The notes beneath the pieces are model-generated. The model did no database searches. It worked only from the letters and a program-made list of their open reading frames with translations, and was not told the DNA's origin. A DNA stretch of 64,000 bases from an uncultured Candidatus Rokubacteria bacterium (GTDB lineage Bacteria > Methylomirabilota > Methylomirabilia > Rokubacteriales > DASRDR01): the NCBI GenBank assembly GCA_963826115.1, contig CAWGVS010000003.1, positions 128,001-192,000 of the forward strand. Direction: 5' to 3'. The position numbers and the translations under genes were made by a program. Shown piece by piece: positions 1-8,410 of the stretch (position 1 is the first letter of the stretch; every line of letters begins with the position of its first letter).

Positions 1-886
1 TCATCGGCTGCTCGACCGGCAGGCTCGCCGGCTTCGCGCCCCTCAGGACGCGGTCCACATAGCGGGCACCGTCCCGGCCCTCGGTCCCGTAGCCGGGTCC
101 GTAGGACATCATGCAGCCGTTCTCCGCGTAGTCCGAGCGCGCGCAGATCGACGGCAGCCGGCTCTCGACCGCCAGCTCGGCGATCCGCTTCTGGTTGGAG
201 TTGGCCAGCGGGTTGAGCGTCACCCACAGCGCGGTGTTCCGCGCCTCGACCGCCTCCTTGAACGCCGTCTCGTAGCCGTCGGCGCTGCTCACCTCCATCG
301 AGTACAGCTGGAGGCCGAGCTCCCGCGCGCGGAGCTGACTTTCCTGCCACTGGGGCACGGAGCCCGGCGCCTTCGGGTCCCAGAGCACCGCCACCCGGGC
401 GAGCCCCGGCAGCGTCTCCCTGAGGAGCTCGAGGCGCTTCCCGGTCAGGACGGCCGCGATGTTCGTGATCCCCGTGATGTTCCCGCCCGGCCGCGACAGG
501 CTCTCCACCAGCCCGGCGGTCACCGGATCCGTCACGCCCATGAACACGATGGGGATCGTCGTGGTGGCGTTCCGGGCGGCGATGGCCGCGTTGGTCGTCA
601 CCGCGACGAGCACGTCCGGCTTCTGCGAGACCAGCTCGGTCGCGAGCTCGGGTAGCCGTTCGAACCCGCCGGTTTGATGGCGGTACTCCACGACGAGGTT
701 CTGCCCCTCGACGTAGCCGAGCTCCCGCAGCCCTTGCCGGAAGGCCTCGAGCCGCGGCGCGTCGGCGGCCGCGGAGACCGCCGCGAGGTACCCCACGCGC
801 CAGACCTTCCTCGGCTGGGCGGCCGCGGGAACGACGAGAGCCAGCAGGAGCGCGGACGCGCAGGCCAGGCGCAGCCGTCTACTCAT
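1..886 (-). CDS. ABC transporter substrate-binding protein (ABC_sub_bind family), 3' end cut by window edge
   Basis: Manual translation from ATG at 886: MSRRLRLACASALLLALVVPAAAQPRKVWRVGYL...EAFRQGLRELGYVEGQNLVVEYR...ATTTIPIVF...LPVEQP; signal peptide; no stop inside the window. Confidence 0.9.
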   Translation of the reverse strand, partial: MSRRLRLACASALLLALVVPAAAQPRKVWRVGYLAAVSAAADAPRLEAFRQGLRELGYVEGQNLVVEYRHQTGGFERLPELATELVSQKPDVLVAVTTNAAIAARNATTTIPIVFMGVTDPVTAGLVESLSRPGGNITGITNIAAVLTGKRLELLRETLPGLARVAVLWDPKAPGSVPQWQESQLRARELGLQLYSMEVSSADGYETAFKEAVEARNTALWVTLNPLANSNQKRIAELAVESRLPSICARSDYAENGCMMSYGPGYGTEGRDGARYVDRVLRGAKPASLPVEQPM

Positions 887-1028
887 GGATGTCTCCCGCG
901 AACGCCCGGTCTCGACCACCGCGGGCCGACGGACCGCGCGGCCCGGGCCACGACGCCCTCCGAGCCGCGAACGGGGTCACCACTTGATCGTACTTGTCCG
1001 GCGGTCCGTTGCGCCAGTCCCGCGACGC

Positions 1029-1214
1029 TCAGAACCGGACGGAGCAGCGGACGGAGACGGGCGGCGGACTGGCCGCCGCCGTGTGCCCGCCGCAGCGCTC
1101 CGGGGTCATCGACGCGCAGCCGCCCAGCCACAGCGCCACGATGACCGCGCCCAGCGTCGCGAGCGCGTCACGCCGGGGACGGGAGGGCCCGACACCCGAT
1201 GCCGTCCTGCGCAC
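1029..1214 (-). CDS. possible small lipoprotein
   Basis: 3' part of ORF 1029..1715: hydrophobic stretch ending in lipobox-like LGGC (ALATLGAVIVALWLGGCASM); GTG start uncertain. Confidence 0.3.
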   Translation of the reverse strand: MRRTASGVGPSRPRRDALATLGAVIVALWLGGCASMTPERCGGHTAAASPPPVSVRCSVRF

Positions 1215-1362
1215 GAACCCGAGTATACTCGCTCGTCCCCTGACACGACATGCGCGCCGCGATGGGCTCGACCGGTAGGATGTGGATGGGAGTGATGTGG
1301 CTTGATGAGCCTCGCCTGCACACCGTGACGGCGCCGATGACCCGCGCGCGAGCGGCACACGC

Positions 1363-3171
1363 ATGACCACGGCCGAGACGCCGGGGCCGGCCACGCCGAC
1401 CGCCCGAGAGTTCGCCCGCATCCTGCGCTGGGTGGTCGGCCTCACCTGGACCACGAGCCCCACGCTCGTCCTCACCGTGCTCGGGCTGGCGCTCGCGCGC
1501 AGCACCGTGGCGGCCGGCCTCGCACTGAGCGCCCGCGGCCTCATCAACGCCGTCGTGGCGGAGAGCCATCGGAGCCCGGGACACCTGGCGCCGGTCCTCC
1601 CGTGGCTCCTCGCCGCGCTGGGCTTCGGCTTCATCGAGGTGCTGGCGCCGCTCGGCAGCACCCGGGTGATCCAGCGCCTGACCGACGCCATCCAGCTCCG
1701 GGTCAACGTGGACATTCTGCGTCACGCGTCCCGCCTGGACGCCGCCGACACCCAGGGCCCGAGCGGGCGCCATCTGCTCGAGCACGCGCGGGACGCCGCC
1801 GCGCACAAGCTCGGACAGCTGGTGAACGAGCTCCTCACGATCGTGTCGGACGGCTCGCAGACCGTCCTGCTCGCCGCCGTGCTCGTTCACATCGAGCCGG
1901 CGACGCTCGTCGTCGTCGTTCCCGGCGCGGCTGCGTATCTGTACGCGGAGTGGCGGATGACGCGCATCGCGCACGAGGCCGCCCCGATCCGTCTGCTCCG
2001 CCAGCGATGGGGCCGCTACCTCTCGGACCTCCTGACCAACGCCCGCTCCGCCGGCCACGTGCGGCTGCTCGGCCTGGCGCCGACCCTCATCGACCGCTTC
2101 CTGGGGCTCATGCGGGAGCTCGAGGAATCGGAGCAGGCCCGCCGGCGCCATCAGTTCGGGACCGGCGCGGCGTTCGGCCTCGCGACCACGCTCCTCCTCA
2201 CCGGCGTCCTGGCCTTCGTCGCGAGCCGGGTGATCGCCGGCCGGCTCACGGTCGGCGACGTCGCGGTGTTCGCGGCGGCGAGCCCCCGGCTGCGGCAGAC
2301 GGTGCACCGTCTCGTCGGGGCCGTGACCCGTTCGATGGAGGCCCTCCTGGCGGCCGATGCCATCCTCAGGTTCCTGGCGATTCCCGCGCCGCCGGTCCGA
2401 TCCGCGGCGGCGTGGTCCGCCTCGGCGAGCCCCGGCGTGGAGATCGAGGACGTCTGGTTCACCTATCCGGGCGCGACGGCGCCCGCGCTGGCGGGCGTGA
2501 GCCTGAGCGTCCCGCCGGGCGAGATGGTCGCCCTGGCCGGAGACAACGGCGCGGGCAAGACGACCCTCATGAAGCTGCTCGCCGGCCTCTACACGCCGCA
2601 GAAGGGCCGCATCCTCCTCGACGGGCGGGACCTTCGGGAGTGGCCGTTCGAGGCCCTGCGCGAGCGGCTCGTCCTGGTGTCGCCGGACAGCCCGCGGTTC
2701 GAGGCGACCGCGCGCGACAACGTCGCGTTCGGGCACTGGCCGGCGCTCGCCGACGCCCCGGAGACCGTCGAGCGCCTGGCCGCGGAGGCCGGCGTGCACC
2801 AGCGCCTGCGCGACCTGCCTCGCGGCTACGAGACGACGCTCGGCCCCGCGTTCGGCGAGCGGGACCTCTCCTCCGGCGAGTGGCAGCAGGTGGTCCTGGC
2901 GCGCGCGCTGACCCGTCCGGCCTCGCTCTGGCTCCTCGACGAGCCGACGGCGCACGTCGACCAGCGCTCGGAGCGCAACCAGCTCGACCGCCTCCGGGCT
3001 CTCGCGGCGGGCCGGACGATCCTCGTCGCGTCGCATCGGCCGGCGGTGCTCGCCCTCGCCTCGCGGATCGTGGTCCTCGAGCGCGGCCGGGTCGTCGAGT
3101 CGGGCGAGCGGGACGAGCTCCTCGTCCGCGGCGGGCGCTACGCCCGCCTGGTGGGGGCGCAGGGTTCGTGA
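1363..3171 (+). CDS. ABC exporter, fused permease/ATP-binding protein
   Basis: N-terminal TM helices; Walker A GDNGAGKT, signature LSSGEWQ, Walker B WLLDEPT, H-loop ASHR. Confidence 0.92.
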   Translation: MTTAETPGPATPTAREFARILRWVVGLTWTTSPTLVLTVLGLALARSTVAAGLALSARGLINAVVAESHRSPGHLAPVLPWLLAALGFGFIEVLAPLGSTRVIQRLTDAIQLRVNVDILRHASRLDAADTQGPSGRHLLEHARDAAAHKLGQLVNELLTIVSDGSQTVLLAAVLVHIEPATLVVVVPGAAAYLYAEWRMTRIAHEAAPIRLLRQRWGRYLSDLLTNARSAGHVRLLGLAPTLIDRFLGLMRELEESEQARRRHQFGTGAAFGLATTLLLTGVLAFVASRVIAGRLTVGDVAVFAAASPRLRQTVHRLVGAVTRSMEALLAADAILRFLAIPAPPVRSAAAWSASASPGVEIEDVWFTYPGATAPALAGVSLSVPPGEMVALAGDNGAGKTTLMKLLAGLYTPQKGRILLDGRDLREWPFEALRERLVLVSPDSPRFEATARDNVAFGHWPALADAPETVERLAAEAGVHQRLRDLPRGYETTLGPAFGERDLSSGEWQQVVLARALTRPASLWLLDEPTAHVDQRSERNQLDRLRALAAGRTILVASHRPAVLALASRIVVLERGRVVESGERDELLVRGGRYARLVGAQGS

Positions 3172-3424
3172 TCGGGCGCGGGCGCCCGCGGGCGGGTCAG
3201 CCGCGGGAGACGGCCGCGTCCGACGTCAACCGACGCACCAGCTCCCCCGCCGACGCCCGATCCCGGTAGGCGACCCGGCCGAGACGCGCCTCGTAGCGCG
3301 GAATCCGCGCGGCGAGCGCCGTGCAGCGCCCCCGGAGCGCGGCCACACGCGGTCTGTGACGACGTAGAATCGCTCCGTCGACCGGGCTGGCCCGGGCGCC
3401 GCTCATCCTCGAGGGAGGGCTCGA

Positions 3425-4180
3425 ATGTCGCAGCCGAGAGTGGCCATCGTCACGGGCGCGGGCCAGGGCATCGGCGCCGGCGTCGCGAGGAGCTTCGCCG
3501 CCGCCGGCTACCGGGTGTCGCTGATGTCGCCCTCGGAGCGCAGCGTGAACCTGGCCCGCGAGCTGGGCGGCATCGGGCGCCAGGGCTCGGTCCTGGACCC
3601 CGGAGACCTCGCGGCGCTCGTCGATGGCACGCGGGCCGCCTTCGGGCGGATCGACGCGGTGGTGAACAACATGGGCCACGGCAGCGGCACGCCCCCCAGC
3701 GTCACCACGAGCACCGTGTTCGACCCGGACGGCTTTACGGATCCCCTCGCCTTCCCCGACGACACGTGGCACGAGGCGCTCGACATGTACGTGCTGACCG
3801 CGGTGCGCATGGCCCGGGCGGTGACGCCGCTCATGGTGGCCCAGGGCGGCGGCGCGATCGTCAACATCTCCTCGATGAACGCGACCGAGCCGCGGCCGGG
3901 CTACTCGCAGATGAGCGTCCTGCGCGCGTCGCTCCACGGGTTCACGAAGCTCTTCGCCGACAAGTACGCGCGCCACAACGTCCGCATGAACAACGTCATG
4001 CCCGGCTACTGCGAGAACGTGACGATGTCGGACGGCGCCCTCCGCAGCATCCCGATGGGCCGGACTGCCCGCTTCGACGAGATCGGCCAGGCGTGCGTGT
4101 TCCTGGCGTCCGAGGCGTCCAGCTACGTGACCGGGCAGAACCTCCTCGTCGACGGCGGCGTCAACCGGGCCGTGCGCTGA
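3425..4180 (+). CDS. SDR family oxidoreductase
   Basis: TGAGQGIG Rossmann motif, IVNISS, C-terminal YVTGQNLLVDGG; GGAGGG RBS. Confidence 0.92.
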   Translation: MSQPRVAIVTGAGQGIGAGVARSFAAAGYRVSLMSPSERSVNLARELGGIGRQGSVLDPGDLAALVDGTRAAFGRIDAVVNNMGHGSGTPPSVTTSTVFDPDGFTDPLAFPDDTWHEALDMYVLTAVRMARAVTPLMVAQGGGAIVNISSMNATEPRPGYSQMSVLRASLHGFTKLFADKYARHNVRMNNVMPGYCENVTMSDGALRSIPMGRTARFDEIGQACVFLASEASSYVTGQNLLVDGGVNRAVR

Positions 4181-4181
4181 C

Positions 4182-5249
4182 ATGACCGCGCGGCTCCGCG
4201 TCGGCGTCCTGGGATTGAGCCACGACCACGTCTGGAGCAACCTCGCCGCCCTCGCCGCCGGCGATCTCGGCCGCCTGGTGGCCGCGGCCGACCCGGCCCC
4301 GAGGCTCCGGGACCGCCTCGCGCGGGAGCACGGCGGCGTGGAGCCCCACGACTCGTACGAGGCCCTCCTCGACCGTCAGGACCTGGACGCGGTGCTCGTC
4401 TTCGCCGACAACCGCGGATCCGCAGAGCTCGGCGTGCGGGCGCTCGCGCGCGGGCTGCCCGTGATGGTCGAGAAGCCGATGGCCGCGGATCTCGCGGGCG
4501 CGGAGGCCCTCCTGGCCACCGCGCGCGCGACGGGGCTCCCACTCATGGTCAACTGGCCGAGCGCCTGGCGGCCCGCCATCCGCCACGGGCTCGACCTCGC
4601 GCGGTCGGGGCGCGTCGGCGACCCGGTCCAGCTGAGCCACCGCGGCGGTCACGCCGGGCCACGGGAGTTCGGCTGCTCGCCGGAGTTCTCCGCGTGGCTC
4701 TACGACCCGGCGCGGAACGGCGGCGGCGCCCTCGTCGACTACTGTGGCTACGGCGCGGTCCTCGCGCGCGTCCTCCTGGGGCAGCCCTCCGCCGTGACCG
4801 CGGTCAGTGCCCGCCTTCGGAAGCCGGACCTGCCCGCCGAGGATTCCGCCGTGGTGGTCCTCCGCTACCCCCGGGCGCTCGCGCTTCTCGAGGCGAGCTG
4901 GAACCAGATCGGCGCTCAGCCGGCCTTCGGCATGATCGTCTACGGCGACGCGGGGACGCTGATCGTCCACCAGCCCCGGCCGACCCGCGACGGCCAGACG
5001 GTCGGGCCCGGGCGGATCGAGCTCGTGTCGGCCGGCGGGAGCGAGACCATCGAGCCGCCGGCGCTTCCGGCCACGGGGCGCGACGGCCCGACCTACTTCC
5101 TGACCTGCCTCCGCGAGGGTCGCCGGGTCGAGGGTTTGTGCGCACCCGACGTGGGGCGCGACGTCCAGGAAGTGCTGGAGGCCGCACTTCAGGCGAGCGC
5201 CACGGGGCGGGTCGTGCCCTTGCCACTCGGCCTGTCCGGCCGGCCATGA
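4182..5249 (+). CDS. Gfo/Idh/MocA family oxidoreductase
   Basis: RVGVLG start, EKPMA motif, GGGALVDY; 1 nt after the SDR stop. Confidence 0.92.
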   Translation: MTARLRVGVLGLSHDHVWSNLAALAAGDLGRLVAAADPAPRLRDRLAREHGGVEPHDSYEALLDRQDLDAVLVFADNRGSAELGVRALARGLPVMVEKPMAADLAGAEALLATARATGLPLMVNWPSAWRPAIRHGLDLARSGRVGDPVQLSHRGGHAGPREFGCSPEFSAWLYDPARNGGGALVDYCGYGAVLARVLLGQPSAVTAVSARLRKPDLPAEDSAVVVLRYPRALALLEASWNQIGAQPAFGMIVYGDAGTLIVHQPRPTRDGQTVGPGRIELVSAGGSETIEPPALPATGRDGPTYFLTCLREGRRVEGLCAPDVGRDVQEVLEAALQASATGRVVPLPLGLSGRP

Positions 5250-5483
5250 CGTCTCGCCGCCATCGAGGGCGTCACCGCCGTCAGCCGCTCGAGGCCGCGC
5301 GTGCGTAGCGAATCACGCCGGGGTTGCGTGCCGCCGCGCCCGGTTGCCATCGCACCCTAGCCCCAACTTCGTCCGCTCGGTCGCCCTCATGCGGGTACGA
5401 TAGCTGGAGCGATTCGTGCCACTGGCGAAGACGCACTGTTGGCGCGAAGCGGTCCGGCGGATGCTCCGGAAGGAGAAGACATC

Positions 5484-6146
5484 GTGCGACGACATGGCAT
5501 GATCTTCGTCATCGGCGCGGTCATGGTCTTCGGGACGGTCGGTGTGGCGCTCGCGCAAGGGGGTGGCAACCCGACGCTGGACCCGGTCTCGGGCGCCAAT
5601 CTCTTCCGGACGAAAGGGTGCGTCGCCTGCCACGCGATCAATGGCGCTGGCGGCACGCGGGGCCCCGATCTCGGGCGACTCCCGAGTCCCGGATCGTTCT
5701 ATGCTTTCGCCGCAAGGATGTGGAACCATCTTCCGCCCATGTCCCAGCAGATCTGGGCTTCGGAGACCAACCGACCCTATCTCACCGCCAACGAGATGAG
5801 CGACCTCGTGGCGTTTCTCGAGACATCCGGTGTTCCCGGTCCACCCGGCGCCGTCGACCTGGGAACGCGGCTGCTCCGCGCGCCCGGCGACGCCCAGCGC
5901 GGCCGACAGTTGCTCGCGGACAAGGGGTGTCTCGTCTGCCACTCGCTCTCGGTCGACGACGGCCGCCGGACAGCCGGAGGCAGCCTCGACCGGCCGGTCG
6001 GCTTTGACACCCCTTGGATTGTGGTGTCGACGATGTGGAACCACACGTTTCTGATGGAGCTCGAGGCGAGGAAGCAGGGTCGCGCGTGGCCGCGGCTGAG
6101 CGCCGACGAGATGGCGGACGTGGCGGCGTTTCTGACTCATCGGTAG
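5484..6146 (+). CDS. exported di-heme c-type cytochrome
   Basis: Signal peptide ending ALA-Q; two CxxCH motifs (CVACH, CLVCH), each followed by an MWNH..M repeat; GTG start after AGGAG. Confidence 0.88.
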   Translation: MRRHGMIFVIGAVMVFGTVGVALAQGGGNPTLDPVSGANLFRTKGCVACHAINGAGGTRGPDLGRLPSPGSFYAFAARMWNHLPPMSQQIWASETNRPYLTANEMSDLVAFLETSGVPGPPGAVDLGTRLLRAPGDAQRGRQLLADKGCLVCHSLSVDDGRRTAGGSLDRPVGFDTPWIVVSTMWNHTFLMELEARKQGRAWPRLSADEMADVAAFLTHR

Positions 6147-6318
6147 CCGGCAGCGGCTCATGCCGCTCGGCGCAGCCCATCGAGTCGCCTTTCCGCACGC
6201 GCACACGATTGCGCCGGGTGCGCGCCACGATGGCCGACCCTGACAGGAGCCCGATCACCCGGCCGAGGGTGACGGCGGATTCTCCAGCTCGTCGCCTTCG
6301 ATCGAGAGACCCGTCGTC

Positions 6319-7380
6319 GTGAAGCGCCCTCCCCGATTCGTGAGCCTCTATCGTTATGTGGCGTCGCGGAGCTTGGGCCATCAGATCCGTCTCATAGGGG
6401 TGGTCGCGCTTGCCACCGGGGTGGCGCTGATCCCCATCGAGATGCAGAGGCGCATCGTCAACGAGGCCATCGGCGGCGGCAACCTCACGGCCCTTGCCCG
6501 CTACGGGGTCCTCTTCGTGCTCGGCGCGTTGGCCGCGACCGGGCTGAAGTTCGCCATCAACCTCTACGAAGCCCTCATCGCCGAGCGGGTGCTGCGCGAT
6601 TTCCGCGCCATGCTGTACGAGCGCATCCTCGGCCTGCCCGTCTCGCAGCTACGCCACATGCCCCCCGCGCAACTCGTGTCGATCGTGCTCGCCGAGGCCG
6701 ATGAGCTGGGCGGCTTCTTCGGGCAGGCGTTCTCCGTTCCCCTCGTGTCCGGCTGCATGCTGATCGCGCTGACCGCGTACCTGGCCAGCCTGAATCCCTG
6801 GACGCTCGGCCTCCTGGCCTTGCACCCGATCGAGATCTGGGTGATTCCTCGGCTCCAGGGGCGCGTGAATCGCCTCTCCCGGAGTCGGGTCGCTCTCGGC
6901 CGTCACCTGGCCGCACACCTCGAGCGCTCGGTCCGTCGCCGCGCAAGGGCGGCGGCCGGTCCGATCGATCCATCCACCGACGTCCTCCGCTTTCGCCAAC
7001 GCCTCGATCGGATGCTCGCGATCCGGGTGCGCGCTGCCGCCTTCAAGTACGGCATCAAGTGGGTCGGCAACGGCGTGGCCAAGCTGGGGCCCTTCCTCCT
7101 CTTCATGGGGGGAGGGTGGCTGATCATCTCCCACTCGGCCGCGTTCGATCTCGGCCGGCTCGTCGCCGCGCTGGCGGCCTTCGACCGCCTCAACGACCCC
7201 TGGCAGGACCTGCTGGACTACTATTCGGCCAAGGAGATCGCCACGACCCGATACGCCCAGATCCTCGACACGCTGACGCCGAAGGACCTCGCAGGATCGC
7301 CTGGTCCCGCCACGGTCCCGGACTCGGCGGCGGTACCGTCTGAGCCCGGCCCGCACTCTCGCCAGCCCGCTGACTCCTGA
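6319..7380 (+). CDS. ABC transporter transmembrane domain with no ATPase domain
   Basis: ABC_membrane-like helices (ERVLRDFRAMLYERIL, DLGRLVAALAAF); ORF ends with no Walker motifs. Confidence 0.75.
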   Translation: MKRPPRFVSLYRYVASRSLGHQIRLIGVVALATGVALIPIEMQRRIVNEAIGGGNLTALARYGVLFVLGALAATGLKFAINLYEALIAERVLRDFRAMLYERILGLPVSQLRHMPPAQLVSIVLAEADELGGFFGQAFSVPLVSGCMLIALTAYLASLNPWTLGLLALHPIEIWVIPRLQGRVNRLSRSRVALGRHLAAHLERSVRRRARAAAGPIDPSTDVLRFRQRLDRMLAIRVRAAAFKYGIKWVGNGVAKLGPFLLFMGGGWLIISHSAAFDLGRLVAALAAFDRLNDPWQDLLDYYSAKEIATTRYAQILDTLTPKDLAGSPGPATVPDSAAVPSEPGPHSRQPADS

Positions 7381-7460
7381 CCCGGGGGAAATAGACCCCA
7401 CGCACTACCCGATCGCGCCCTTTGAGCAGGGCGGACACACTGGGAAAGCGACGCAATCGC

Positions 7461-8324
7461 CTAGTACGCCGTCGACGACGAGGGCTTCCCTGCCTTCCGG
7501 TCGCCGTACGTCAAGGATGCCCACGGCGGTCGGCGGGCCCGTTCTGATTCCACCACGACCAGATAGCGCCCCGACCACGGAGTCGGCGTGCGATCCTTGC
7601 GCAGGACCCACAACGGCACGCCACGCTCGAGCGCCGCTTCGTAGTCGGCGTCCAGCACCCCGTGCTTGTCGAGCACCTGGTTCAGCGATGCAGACACGCG
7701 AATGCATCCCTTCGATGCAGGTAACCCGAGTCGCGGCTCGAGGACATCAGGATCCGTTGAATGCAGCTGCAAACGCATCGGGCTCAGTCCACCGTCACCC
7801 CAGGTCCGCTCGCCGATCACCCAGCCGAAATCGAACACGCGCATGCCCTTGACACCGTAGCCACGAATCCCAAGATCGTTCCACGTGCCCTCCGCGCGGA
7901 AGTCCGAATGTGCGACGCTGTGCTCGAACACGCCCAGCGGCGTGAGGAAGTGGTCATAGGCGCCGGGACGCCCGGTTGAAACCAACGAAGCCCCGATGAA
8001 GTGCCGTTTGCCCTCCCCGTCGTCCCAATACAGAAGCGCCACCTGCACCTGTGGATTGCGGTCGACCACCAGAATGTATTGAGCCCGGGTCAGATCCACG
8101 CTCGCGTTCGCGAGCGCGGCCTCCATCAAGGCCGCGTACCGGGCGTGTTCCCCCTTCGGTGGCTTCACCTGTGGTCTGACTTCTCGCGAAAAGACGGACG
8201 CCAGGTCGATCCCTGAACGCAGTCGGCGAGGCGCCGTGCCCGGCCCATCCGCCCTTTGCTGTGCGACGGCTTGGGCGCTCAAGGCCAGAACCGTCCCGAG
8301 GACGGCCAGCCACACCCTATTCAC
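7461..8324 (-). CDS. L,D-transpeptidase (YkuD-like)
   Basis: GTG start with signal peptide (VNRVWLAVLGTVLALSAQAVA); VSTG..TPLG; catalytic H..SKGCIR motif. Confidence 0.85.
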   Translation of the reverse strand: MNRVWLAVLGTVLALSAQAVAQQRADGPGTAPRRLRSGIDLASVFSREVRPQVKPPKGEHARYAALMEAALANASVDLTRAQYILVVDRNPQVQVALLYWDDGEGKRHFIGASLVSTGRPGAYDHFLTPLGVFEHSVAHSDFRAEGTWNDLGIRGYGVKGMRVFDFGWVIGERTWGDGGLSPMRLQLHSTDPDVLEPRLGLPASKGCIRVSASLNQVLDKHGVLDADYEAALERGVPLWVLRKDRTPTPWSGRYLVVVESERARRPPWASLTYGDRKAGKPSSSTAY

Positions 8325-8410
8325 GCGTCCGGATGCGCGGCGACCTGTGCTACGCCACCGGGCCAGCCGGCGCACGCGTTCCCCGGCTATGCCCTCCTGG
8401 CTGGAAGCAC

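Noticed and set aside
7383-7400. CGGGGG-AAATAG-ACCCCA resembling the UAS palindrome
   Set aside because: It lies between convergent genes with no sigma54 promoter nearby, so a hairpin or chance match is more likely.
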